64,000 nucleotides of DNA from Vitrella brassicaformis CCMP3155 (Eukaryota; Protista; Chromerida): the NCBI GenBank assembly GCA_001179505.1, contig CDMY01000286.1, positions 1 through 64,000 on the forward strand. The letters are read 5' to 3'. The notes beneath the pieces are model-generated. The model was not told the DNA's origin. It did not search any database and saw nothing but the letters and a program-made list of their open reading frames with translations. Shown here in pieces: positions 1 through 10,484 of this stretch; positions within the stretch are counted from its first letter, which is position 1, and each line of letters begins with the position of its first letter. The translations under genes were made by a program, and so were the position numbers.

Positions 1-341
1 GCCGAGCCGAGCGTGTGTGTGTCTGTGTGTGTGTGCATTCCACACACCCTCTGCACACATCGGTTGTCTCTCTCTCTCTCTCTCCCTCCACCAGGGCATG
101 TTGAACCTTTACTAGGACCATTTCACATGTGATTCAACATGTCCTTTGAGATTCTCCTTTGCAATTGCTCCTTTGGAACAGACGCTTGCCTGCACCGCCG
201 CGACGTGGCCAGCGACCGAGCCCTGCTCGCTCCGCCGCCTGCTAGCCGGCCAGACAAACTGTTTTTGTTTGCTCCCTATCTCCTTTTTGTTTGCTCTCGT
301 TCACGCGCTTTGCGCGTCAAAGCGCGTGGGCTTCTCGCTAG
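1..341 (+). mobile_element. Dispersed repeat copy 1, Helitron-like 3' terminus (5' part lies outside the window)
   Basis: Closely matches 9941-10261. Ends in a perfect 11-bp hairpin CACGCGCTTTG-cgcgt-CAAAGCGCGTG (302-328), a 9-nt spacer, then CTAG (338-341) followed by T. An internal inverted repeat CATGTTGAA (97-105)/TTCAACATG (133-141) is also present. Confidence 0.65.
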
Positions 342-607
342 TGCAGGTGAGAAATAAAGACTGGAGGGGAAAAACGCGGGGTTCCCGGCGGAACCCTGAA
401 ACCCGAAGCCTGACACCAGCGCCTTTTGAGGCTCCGCAGGTGTCCTCCTGCTATCGGCACTTCAGATCTCTCTTGTTGACTCGCCCACGGAGAGCCGCCG
501 GCCTTTCTGGTGCTGCTGCGCCTCTCGGGCTTTGCCTCTCAGCTCATCAAGACACACGAGCTGCGTGCTGCCTTTAAGTTGCCCGCTCACCATCAATCAC
601 ATCAGTC

Positions 608-3046
608 ATGCCGCGCCAAGTTGACATTCGTCGCTTCCTGCGGCCTGCCGCGGCAACGCAAAAGGGAGATCAAGAGCCTCAGCAGCGGCGCGAGGGACAG
701 CCGACAGGTGCATGAGATGACGGCAACCACGGCACAGACGAGGTGTGAAATGCGCTGATGTTGTTGTCGTGCCGTGTGTGTGTGTGTCAGATTTCAGCAG
801 CCCGGAGGCTCAGGCGATCGCCAATGCCATTATCACACAGCGACGACTGGTGAGTCAACGACGCTACGTGAAGCACACACACACATGGATGTGTCTGCTT
901 GCTTGTCTTGTCAGGCCGCCCCGCCGCCCAATGCGTCGCTGTGTGGCGTCCCGCCCGAGAAGCTGGCCCATGTGTGTGACCACATGCCAACCCTGGAGGC
1001 CATCCGCCTGGCCCTCCTCAACAAGACCATGCAGGACACGTGCCGTTCGCCGTTCGTCATCCGCCACCTGATCATCACCCCCACCACCCACCCGATGTGG
1101 CGCAGAGCATCGCGGGCCGTCCTGCGGCAGCTGCGGGGCCGGCTGACCCGCCTGCAGACGGCTGCCATCGCCACAGACGCACTCGCGAGGGCCCGATCAG
1201 GACCGGCCGGGCGACGACACCTCCAGTGACGACGGGCGAGAAGAGGAGAATGAGCCGCCGCAAGTGGTGGGTGGCTATGAGGAGGCGACGGAGGGACGCC
1301 GCCGCGCCCTCGGCCATCGGTCGGTCTACGCCAAGGTGCTCGAGGGTTCGGCGGCATCGCTCAAGAAGTGTCGACTGGCGGACACGAAGGAGCCCGAGCA
1401 CACCTCCAAACCCTTCGACAGCCCCGGGACGCCGACGGTCACCTTCGGCAAGCTTGAGGAGGTGGTGCTGGGCGGCACAGCAGGGCGTGGCCAAATCGCG
1501 GCGATGGTCCCTCCCCGCCCTCAAGACACTCGTCAGCAGCTCTTTCATTGCGCCTCCGTACCTCATGAGCTGGATAGAGGCATCGCCCCACCTCACCCAC
1601 GTCCACGTGACGCCCATCAGCCTTCCCCTCCTCACCTCATCCCTGTCGGCCGCCCCCTCTTTGGTCAACCTGACCTCACTGGGCTGCATTCTTCTGGAGG
1701 CGACGAACGCCTCATTCTGGGGGCCGCTGCTGAGTGTCCTGGAGGCCAAGGGGGCCGTCGGCCGCAACGGCCGCATCCACACACTCAGCGTGTGTATTGA
1801 CGTGGATGACATGGAGCCAGATGGCATCCTCACCAGCCTGCGAGCCCTCGCCACGGCCATTCGTCGGCTGGCTGGTGAGGGCATATGGGCTGCCGACAGT
1901 CAAGTGACGGCCATCCCCGTCACATCGTGGGAGGACCACATCATGGCCAATGTGGTCAACCAGCGGGACCATGGGGCGGACAGCACGGCAGCTCAGTCAT
2001 CTTCGAGCGCTGCAGCTGTGTGTGAGCCGTCGGTGGGCGGCGGGAGGAGGGCGCCTCTCTTCCCCAACATGGTGCTCACAGATGACCATGACGACGATGC
2101 GAGTGGCGAGATGGCCGACAAGAAGCCCACCCAGCGGCCCTTCCAGCTGCTCGTCTGCACGCCCGACTCATTTGACGAGAGGCTGCTGCGTCTCGACCTG
2201 AAGGCCTTCGACGTGCTGCCCAAGAAGATCGTCCGCGAAATGGCCCGAGTGGCCGAGTCCATGAAGGTCAAGACGGTGTCGGTCGCGGCACCGGCGGCTG
2301 CCCGCGGAAGCTTCGGCGACTACGTGTTCGAGTCGCTGACTCAATTGATCATCAAGGACTCTCTTCTCACCAATGGCATGCTGCCGTCGCTCCTAGCGAC
2401 GCCGTGCAACCGCTTCCCGCGACTGCGGATTGTCTTCATCATGACCCCGTCCATCCACTTGGTTCGAGAGGGCGGGGTGAGGGAGCTGCTCGAGCCAGCC
2501 AAGGGACAGGTCGAGAAGATCATCGTCGCTCTCACGGATTTCCCCAGCCGATACGACACAAGCTACGGCACGGGCCAGCCGCCGCCAAGCGAGGCCGCAC
2601 CCGGTCTCCTCGCACAGCTGGCCCTCGAAAGTCTTGACGTGACCGGCCATGTGGACAAGGTGGTGTTGGACTTTATGCCCGCACAGCCTATCGGGGCATT
2701 CCGGCCAGAGACATGCCCCATCAACCACCTCTTTGCGACGCCCGAACTCGCCGCCCGCCTCCCGCCCATCAAGGCGCTGATCATTAGCACGCCCTACTGC
2801 GTCCACGACCGTTTCGGCAGTGTGCAGACGGACTTCATCATGACCGTCATCAACAACACGTGCCGGCTGATGACGGTCCAGTTCGGCGAAGAGGTGACTC
2901 AGCATTTGGTCGTCGGGAGCCCGCACCTGCTGCGTCACTCGCCTGCCTATTTGGCGTCTGCTGCTGTGGATGATGCGCTGACATCGGCCGGGTCGCCATT
3001 TGTGGTGGTCAGGACGGATGACAACACACTCACATTGGAGCGATAG
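608..3046 (+). pseudogene. Lineage-specific F-box-like/LRR-like family gene with two +1 frameshifts (pseudogene or consensus error)
   Basis: Inferred exons 608-707, 791-849 and 915 onward give MPRQVDIRRFL...DFSSPEAQAIAN...LCGVPPEKLAHVCDHMPTLEAIRLALLNK (F-box-like). Protein-like sequence continues only by switching frame at about 1190 (to DQDRPGDD...YAKVLEGS...LEEVVL) and again at about 1485 (to VAKSRRWSLPALKTL..., stop 3046). Confidence 0.6.
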
Positions 3047-3865
3047 CTGGGATGTGGCCGGATGCATGACTGGCCGACGGGTGGGGGAGGCGGATCACTT
3101 TGCATGACCTCGTCTCGTGCTGCTGCTGATTGTACTATCACATGTGTGTCGTGTGTGTAGGTGTGCGCGCGCGTGTAGATCCTGAGTGAGATGCTGGAGG
3201 GGAGCGCGATCTGCTGAGATGTTGTCATCGGCGACGAATGGCAGCCGGCGCTGGGCAATGTTCATGATGCGTGATTCCTCAGCCGCAGCGCGCCTTTTCG
3301 GCAGCGGAGGATGGCGAATATAGTCAATGAAGACATTCGGCATCAGATAAGTTGCACTGACACATGTCTTTAACGGCACATGCATGACATCATTTGGTAC
3401 ATGTGACATCCAGCGAATGCGTGGATGTGTCGATGGAGTGCGGATGCGTGCCACAGCGCGACATTCATAGCATCGATATCACTTCCAACCAGAGTGAACA
3501 CGCAGAATGATTGAAGGTCTCGCAAAAGACAAGATAGTTCAGATAGCAAGCCACATGCCACACATAAAGCACTGAGGGAGTCAGTCAGACGAAGCAGTGC
3601 AGTAGAGTGCACACAAATTCGATACATCATGCGCTGCCTTACTTGAGGCTCACAAACTGTACACACAAGGTGTCCACACACAGCAGCGAAAAAAGACTCG
3701 CAATAGAGATACCATGCACCACATAAATGGACGAGCTGCCCACACGTAATCAGCACGTTTGGTTATGCACACCACTCACTCACAAGCAACGACATAAGTC
3801 CCCCAGTGCAGTGCAATGTATGTCGGTCAGCCAACACCGTCTGCACATCCCATGTCAGTCACTGG

Positions 3866-4333
3866 TCACCCTTCTTTCGTTTCTTGGTCATCACCGTGTC
3901 CTTGGAAGGCTTGTCCCTGTCGTATGAAGGTGGAGGCATGGCGGATTGCGGAGCAGCATCTGAACAGACGACAGAGCACGGCGTCTGCAAACGTGTGTCC
4001 TCCCCATCTGTGTGCGTTCTCTCACCTTCCAGCAGCATCCTCGGAAGCCTCGCTTTGACCTCTTCCTCCGTCAGGTACAGAACGAACATGGCAGGGGCGA
4101 CACGGCCGGCGCGGCCTGATGACTCGAGCGCCTCAATCATCTGACACACACACAGAGCCGTGTGTGCGTTGTCTTGTGTTGTCTTGTCTTGTGTGGTGTG
4201 TGTGGCTTGCCGGTCGATGCTCCTTCTCATCTGGCCAGAGCTTCCGGATAGTATCGGGAAGCTTGTCCATGGCATCCGCAAGCTTCTTGTCCTTTATCCC
4301 AGTCGCGCCCATCTTCGGGAACGTTTGCGCCAT
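3866..4333 (-). CDS. Small 3-exon hypothetical protein (~120 aa), possibly SAM-like helical
   Basis: MAQTFPKMGATGIKDKKLADAMDKLPDTIRKLWPDEKEHRP, GC-AG intron, MIEALESSG...LYLTEEEVKARLPRMLLE, GT-AG intron, DAVLCRLFRCC...KEG*. Splice phases are consistent and the introns are microsatellite-rich. Confidence 0.45.
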
Positions 4334-4364
4334 TCCCGCAGAGGTTTCACAGACCGCTCCTTGC

Positions 4365-4446
4365 AAACCCTACACCCTAAACCCTATATTCTGTTTTGAA
4401 GGCTTTTCCCATTGCAGGGTGGGCTGACGTGCTCAGCCAAACCCTA
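4365..4446. promoter_or_regulatory. Telo-box/telomere-like AAACCCTA motifs
   Basis: aaaccctacaccctaaacccta at 4365-4386 and aaacccta at 4439-4446, directly upstream of the small minus-strand ORF. Confidence 0.35.
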
Positions 4447-4567
4447 GTTGTGCGTGGGGTTTGCGAATTTGGGTGAATGCGCGTGTGCGAGAGTGCGTGG
4501 CGCACACGCCGACACATGCAGCGGTGGGCTGCGTAGTTAGTTAAGCAAGAGAGAGAGAGAGATGTGT

Positions 4568-4648
4568 CTGTGAGTCTGTGAGTCTGTGAGTATGTGAGTC
4601 TGTGAGTCTGTGTGTCTGTCTGTCTGTCTCCGCCCCCCCCCCCCCCCC
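4568..4648. repeat. (TCTGTGAG)n/(TCTG)n tandem repeat and poly-C next to an assembly gap
   Basis: Seen directly; the gap is 4649-4948. Confidence 0.8.
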
Positions 4649-4975
4649 NNNNNNNNNNNNNNNNNNNNNNNNNNNNNNNNNNNNNNNNNNNNNNNNNNNN
4701 NNNNNNNNNNNNNNNNNNNNNNNNNNNNNNNNNNNNNNNNNNNNNNNNNNNNNNNNNNNNNNNNNNNNNNNNNNNNNNNNNNNNNNNNNNNNNNNNNNNN
4801 NNNNNNNNNNNNNNNNNNNNNNNNNNNNNNNNNNNNNNNNNNNNNNNNNNNNNNNNNNNNNNNNNNNNNNNNNNNNNNNNNNNNNNNNNNNNNNNNNNNN
4901 NNNNNNNNNNNNNNNNNNNNNNNNNNNNNNNNNNNNNNNNNNNNNNNNCCCCCCCCCCCCCCCCCCCCCCCCGAC

Positions 4976-6905
4976 TCACGACAGCCGCCGCCTCATCTTG
5001 CGCACCCCATACATCACCTGACACACAAGACAGCAACATCAGCACACATCCGCCCTCCCTACTCTGTCTGCGCCACTTACGAATCGCGCGAGCCCGGCAG
5101 ATAGGGCGGCCTTGGCCGACTGCTGCATGGAGGAGCGCCTGACGATCCACCTCAGTGAGTCGCTGACGACCTCGGCCTCCCACGGCAGCGGGGAGCCGAG
5201 CGACCTGAGGTAGTTGCGCTTGTCGAGGAGGGAGAAGGGGTTGAAGATCCGGTTGAACCGACGGGACGCTGAGATGCCTGACAGGTAAAGGGGCAAAGGA
5301 CAACACGCACCATCCATGAGTGGATGGTTGGGTGGATGAGATGGCTGTGTCTGTTGGTTTGTTACGTACCGTTGGCTCTGAATCTGAGGGTTTCAGGCAG
5401 GTTGATGAAGAGGCCCTCGTCAACTTCGGGCTCGCTACTCCTCTACACACACACGGAGGCAGACACAGCACATCAACAGATAGGGTACCCACTCCACACG
5501 GCGTCCTCCGCTTCGGTCTGCTCCTGCCCTCACGTGTATGGTCTGTTGGTCGGACAGGAGGCTCCTCACGATTTCCCCGACCTCATCCTCCGTGACACCA
5601 GTCGACGCATCATCCTCCAGCACAAGACCCACCTCGCTCACACCCGCCCTCCCCGGCCCCTTCATGTCTTGCGGGAAGACCTCCCTCCGCCTCTTCATGA
5701 CCTGCCGGCCCACCTCTGCGACCTTGTCCATCGCATCACGCCCCACAGGGCCCTCCACACGCAGCTGCAGATCCAGCGGCTCCTTTGGCTTGCCGCCTCC
5801 CTCACCACCTTCAGGCACCGACCGCTCGGTCTCCTCTTCTGTGGCGTGTGGGTCGGCCTCTGTGTGCTGGTGTGGGGTGTCGGCCATGGTGTGCTGGTGG
5901 TGGGGGTGCGGGTGGCTGATGTGCGTGTCGGGCGGCAGCACCAGGGCAGAACGCAGCAGGGGCAGGTACAGAGAGAGCAGCTCCAGACCCTGGGCGGACA
6001 CCTGAAGAGGGGAGCAGCATCGAGTGCATGTTGTATGTGCGTGGTTTCGCTTACGATGCCCTTCACTTTGCCGGGTTTCTCTGCGATGCCGACACGGATG
6101 TCGCCGCCGTATGAGAGGCCGCATATCGCCTGCAGCAGCTGCCCGACAGACACTTCGGGGCCATGAAGCAGCAACGCCGCCCGGACAGCCGCGAGTCGAT
6201 TCCTCTCGAAGAGGCCCTCCAGGTCATCCATCGGCTGTTCCGATGACGAGAAACACAGAAACTGACAGAAAGCAGGCAGACCACGATAAGGGAAGAGGCG
6301 AATGAGTTACCAAGGCACGTCTGCCTACCGGTTTGTGGAGCCTGCCCGCCACATATAGTGACGACCATGTGTCGATGTCCTCCCGCAAGTCCTCTTCGCT
6401 CACAACACCATACTTGCAGTACTGACCACAAAGACACACCAACACAGTCACGCCGAGCATGGTTGCAACATAAACATCGGTCTGCCTGTCCCGCCCTTGC
6501 CGCACCTGCCTTCCATCGTCGAGGGGCACCATGGTGTTGAAGTAAACCTTGGACACGCCCAGCCGCTGGAACTGCGCCACACGGTCGCTGCGGAACCGGC
6601 TGATGAACGAGTAGTCCCCGCCATTCGACGCGACGTTGTCACGGTGCCACGCCTCCGGATCTTTCACCACAAAGAGGAAATCCAACAGTCTGTTGGATAA
6701 GCCTCCGTCCTGAGCCCACACACGCAACACACACATAGGCAGACAGCATGCCATTGCAGAGATCGCCTGTAGAATGAGCATCGTCTGCGTGCAGTGCATT
6801 GAATGCATTGCGTACCTGCAGTCCGTGCTGGTCAAACACGGCTGATCCATAGCCAATCACCGCCCTGATGGGCGGGAACTGCTCAAAGGGGAAAGGCAGC
6901 GGCAT
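4976..6905 (-). CDS. TAM41: Mitochondrial phosphatidate cytidylyltransferase Tam41/Mmp37
   Basis: Spliced motifs FPPIRAVIGYGSAVFDQ, LLDFLFVVKDPEAWHRDN, VYFNT, KYGVVSEEDLREDIDTWSSLYVAGRLHKPV, NRLAAVRAALLL, ICGLSYGGDIRVGIAEKPGKV, LRWIVRRSSMQQSAKAALSAGL and YGVRKM; stop at 4978-4976. The start codon is approximate. Confidence 0.93.
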
Positions 6906-7056
6906 GCCCAAACTGCGAGAACTGGGGACGTTGTCCTGCTCCCGATTCCCTTCTCCCTTGTCTCGTTGCGAGCTGATCCATTGCGAGCTCAAAGATCCAA
7001 AGTGACATTCTCCTCTTGCTCAGCTTTGGTCAGCAGCTGACGAGTGTCGAAGGAAG

Positions 7057-9307
7057 ATGTCATCTCCCATCGAGATCAAAGTGCGTGACGGCGATGGCGG
7101 CGCAGTAGTCCCCATGATGGTCTCGCCCACGTGGCGGCAGGTAGGTGACATAAACTGACTGATCTGCCTGTAGATGGCACGTCAGATCTGATCCGTTCGC
7201 CTGATCGTCTTGTGTTCTCTCATTCGTTGGTTCGCTGCAGGAAGAGGACTTCGTCAACTACGTCAAAGACATCTTCGGCATCAAGGATGATTTCCACGTG
7301 CAGGACAGCAGAGGTAGGCATTGACTGACAGACAGACAGACCGACAGACAGCACACCAGCCGCAAGTTAAAACCTAGACCGTCTGTGGTTCTCGTTCCCA
7401 TTCAGGTGTGTGGGTCCCTATGGGTTGCTTCAAGAACGGCGAGACCTACTTCATCAGGCGCACCGCCAGCGCTTCGGCTGCAGCTGATGCCGCGGCTGCG
7501 CCGGCTGGCTCGGGCGGCGGCCGCAAGCGGGAGCGGGACGCTGAGAAGGAAGAGGGCGGGATGGAGAGAAGAATGAGGGGAGAGTTTCTGCCCGATGGTA
7601 AGAGCGCCGTAGATAGAGGTACGACCGCTGGCGATGTATGTTTGTATATGCAGCTGGATCACGGAGGGAGATCACTAGGAGCGACCTGTTCTCTTTCGAG
7701 CAGCTGATACAGCGGATCCAGCAGCAGATACAGCAGCGTGATCCATCGGAAGGCGTGCCATCTGCTGCGCTCACAGACGACGACTGGAAGCCCTTCATTG
7801 GAACAGAAGATCTGGAGAAAATGATGGAGCGGGTGATGGACGGATACAACAACAACACGATGGCCTCCCCGCGCAGGAGCGCTGACGCGTCGAGGGGCCG
7901 CCGAGCACGCATCCCACTCATGGCCCTCACCCGGTTTTCATTGGGTGGGAAGACTCGGACGCTCAAGGAGCTCGCAGTGCGGCTTCTCGAGAAGAAGATC
8001 CTCCCCATCTACATCACATTCAACGACTTGACCAGCTACCACCGTGGCATCGAAGGCGGCTTCCCCTGGGTGTGTTCCCTGCTGTGGCGGATAGGTTGGG
8101 CGGCGGCGACGGATGAGTCGCGACAGAGGGTCGGCAACAGCTTTTGGAGGTGGCTGAAGGAGGTCATCGTTTCCGAAGAGACCATTCGAGAGTGGTTGGG
8201 TGAGGGGCAGGGCGGGGTGGGGGAGGGGTGCGGCTGTGTCCTGCTTGTCGACGAGTTGAACAAGCTCATTGGTGGAGCAGAGCTGTTCCCGGCAGAGGGG
8301 AGCGATGTGGCGACCTTCCTGAAGGACGTGTTTATCGACAAGGACCAGCGCTATCTTGTCTTCACGAGCCACCACACCAGCACCGGCGACAGGCTGGCGG
8401 TCTTCATCGCGAGTCCGAGCGACAGGAGTGTGGTTCGGCCTCTGCTGCCTGTCATCCGATCTGCAGACGAAGCGAAGCAGCTGACTGAAGAGGCCGTGTC
8501 GACTGCCAAGCTGTCATACTTAGGCAAGACGCCAGCGCTGGTTCATATGGCGTACAACGTGATGAACGGCAGCATCGTCGACTGTATCAGCGCCCGCTTC
8601 AAGAGGATCTCCCCTCCCCCCCTCACCATGCAGACCGTGCAAGTCGTCATTATGATGGCAATCACGGGAGTCGATGACTACGTGCAGGGGTTGAAGCGAA
8701 ATCACTGCTGCCGGTTCGGGTCCTCGAAGGTGATTGCATTGCAACACATACCCAACACATACGCGATCCACTGTCGGTCACTCATTGGGCTGTGTCGATG
8801 TTTTGTATGCGTGTGGATGTGTCAGGGTGTCGCTTTGGAGGCGTCTTTCGACCCTCATCTGACGAGAAGAGCGACAAGGTGTTCGTGCGTAAGGATGGGT
8901 CGGCCGACATTGGTGCGCTGAGCAAGAAGGTCGAGAATTATCTGAAGAAGCCGCAGTTTGTCAACGAGACGCAGCCCGTCGCCATCCTCGTCAACCCCTC
9001 CGTCGCCAGCATGCCACAATACGACCTCTTCATCTACATTTGCGTGGACGGGCGTGTGGATGAGATATGGGGCTACCTGTGCAATACGGGCAAGACAGTA
9101 CATGCAGACCAGCAGACGGAGACCTCGGACAAAGTCAATGTGTCCGTCTGGCTCTGCGGCGACCCAAGCAAGCAGCCAAAGAAAGCCTACGAGTGGAGAA
9201 TTTCCACGCAGAAGAGCATCGAGGAATTGTTCGGTTTTAGTTTGGGGCGGATGTGCCCTCCTCATTGGGTGCTTCAGCTAAACCCGAGGGGGATGTTGGA
9301 TGGGTAG
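7057..9307 (+). CDS. Crinkler-type (CR) protein: Ubl-like header, P-loop NTPase and degenerate restriction-endonuclease-like domain; probable frame disruption at about 8680-8890
   Basis: Exons 7057-7140, 7241-7313, 7406-~7597, 7654-8729 and 8826-9307. Header MSSPIEIKVRDG...FVNYVKDIFGIKDDFHVQDSRGVWVPMGCFKNGETYFIRR. Walker A-like ALTRFSLGGKT, Walker B VLLVDELNKL, YLVFTSH, VVRPLLP. C-terminal VAILVNPSVASMPQYDLF...IWGYLCNTGK. Confidence 0.65.
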
Positions 9308-9310
9308 ACT

Positions 9311-9617
9311 TTGTTTGCGGTGTGGTGTGTTGTTCGTATGTGGACTGGATGTATGAATGTTGACTTGGCCAGAGGTTGGATATTTATTGGCGGGCCCCCC
9401 TGTTGCGCATGCAACGAGAAAGGGACGTCTGCGCTGTCCACATGCAGCCGACGATGTGACTGCCGGAATCACAAGCGCCTCTGCACTAACTGTGTTAACT
9501 GCAAGCGCGGCACATGCACGAATTTTGCGTATCCGGCGGACCCGGCCGTTTGCGATGATGATGATGAATCGGATGCCGTCTCCCCCTCTGCTGGCCCTGC
9601 CGTGCCCTCCACGGCTT
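9311..9617 (+). other. Cys-rich CXC-like zinc-binding coding fragment running into the gap
   Basis: CCACNEKGTSALSTCSRRCDCRNHKRLCTNCVNCKRGTCTN, followed by an acidic DDDDESD stretch; no stop before the gap at 9618. Confidence 0.45.
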
Positions 9618-9917
9618 NNNNNNNNNNNNNNNNNNNNNNNNNNNNNNNNNNNNNNNNNNNNNNNNNNNNNNNNNNNNNNNNNNNNNNNNNNNNNNNNNNN
9701 NNNNNNNNNNNNNNNNNNNNNNNNNNNNNNNNNNNNNNNNNNNNNNNNNNNNNNNNNNNNNNNNNNNNNNNNNNNNNNNNNNNNNNNNNNNNNNNNNNNN
9801 NNNNNNNNNNNNNNNNNNNNNNNNNNNNNNNNNNNNNNNNNNNNNNNNNNNNNNNNNNNNNNNNNNNNNNNNNNNNNNNNNNNNNNNNNNNNNNNNNNNN
9901 NNNNNNNNNNNNNNNNN

Positions 9918-10261
9918 GGTGCGAAGGCGAGGCCCGAAGGGCCGAGCTGAGCGTGTGTGTCTGTGTGTGTGTGCATTCCACACACCCTCTGCACACATCG
10001 GTTTGTCTCTCTCTCTCTCTCTCTCTATCCACCAGGGCATGTTGAACTACTAAGTCCATTTCTCATGTGATTCAACATGTCCTTTGAGATTCTCCTTTGG
10101 AACAGACGCTTGCCTGCACCGCCGCGACGTGGCCAGCGACCGAGCCCTGCTCGCTCCGCCGCCTGCTAAGCGGCCAGACAAACTGGACAACTGGGAAATC
10201 GCTCCCTATCTCCTTTTTGTTTGCTCTCGTTCACGCGCTGTGCGCGTAGGCTTCTCGCTAG
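9918..10261 (+). mobile_element. Dispersed repeat copy 2, Helitron-like 3' terminus
   Basis: 9941-10261 matches 1-341. Hairpin ACGCGC-tgt-GCGCGT (10233-10247), a 10-nt spacer, then CTAG (10258-10261) followed by T. Similarity to copy 1 ends at CTAG-T. Confidence 0.65.
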
Positions 10262-10345
10262 TGTGAGTAACCACATGAAGACAGAGAGCTTACTGGGCGT
10301 CAGTCATCCCTATTCCTCCCTTCTGTTCTGTTGTGTGGTGTTCAG

Positions 10346-10484
10346 GGTGGGTTATTCTTATCGGGGTGCTGATATGCGTTCTTCCGGTTTGTGGCGTTGT
10401 TGCGTTGATTATTGCGTGTTGCAAATGTTGGGCGCCGCGGAAGCCCGCGCCGAGAGTGGTGATGATACAACCAAGGCCAATGTG
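10346..10484 (+). other. Orphan exon encoding a C-terminal transmembrane helix and Cys-rich tail
   Basis: A GTGAGT donor at 10263 and a TTCAG acceptor at 10345 precede WVILIGVLICVLPVCGVVALIIACCKCWAPRKPAPRVVMIQPRPM*. Confidence 0.35.

Noticed and set aside
3100-3760. Lower-GC segment with 120-130 aa minus-strand ORFs
   Set aside because: No recognisable domain or repeat partner in the window; it may be a degenerate element but cannot be supported.
1-10261. The two direct repeats as LTRs of one 10-kb retroelement
   Set aside because: No gag or pol, no TG...CA ends, and the interior holds the housekeeping gene TAM41. Hairpin plus CTAG ends fit independent Helitron-like insertions better.
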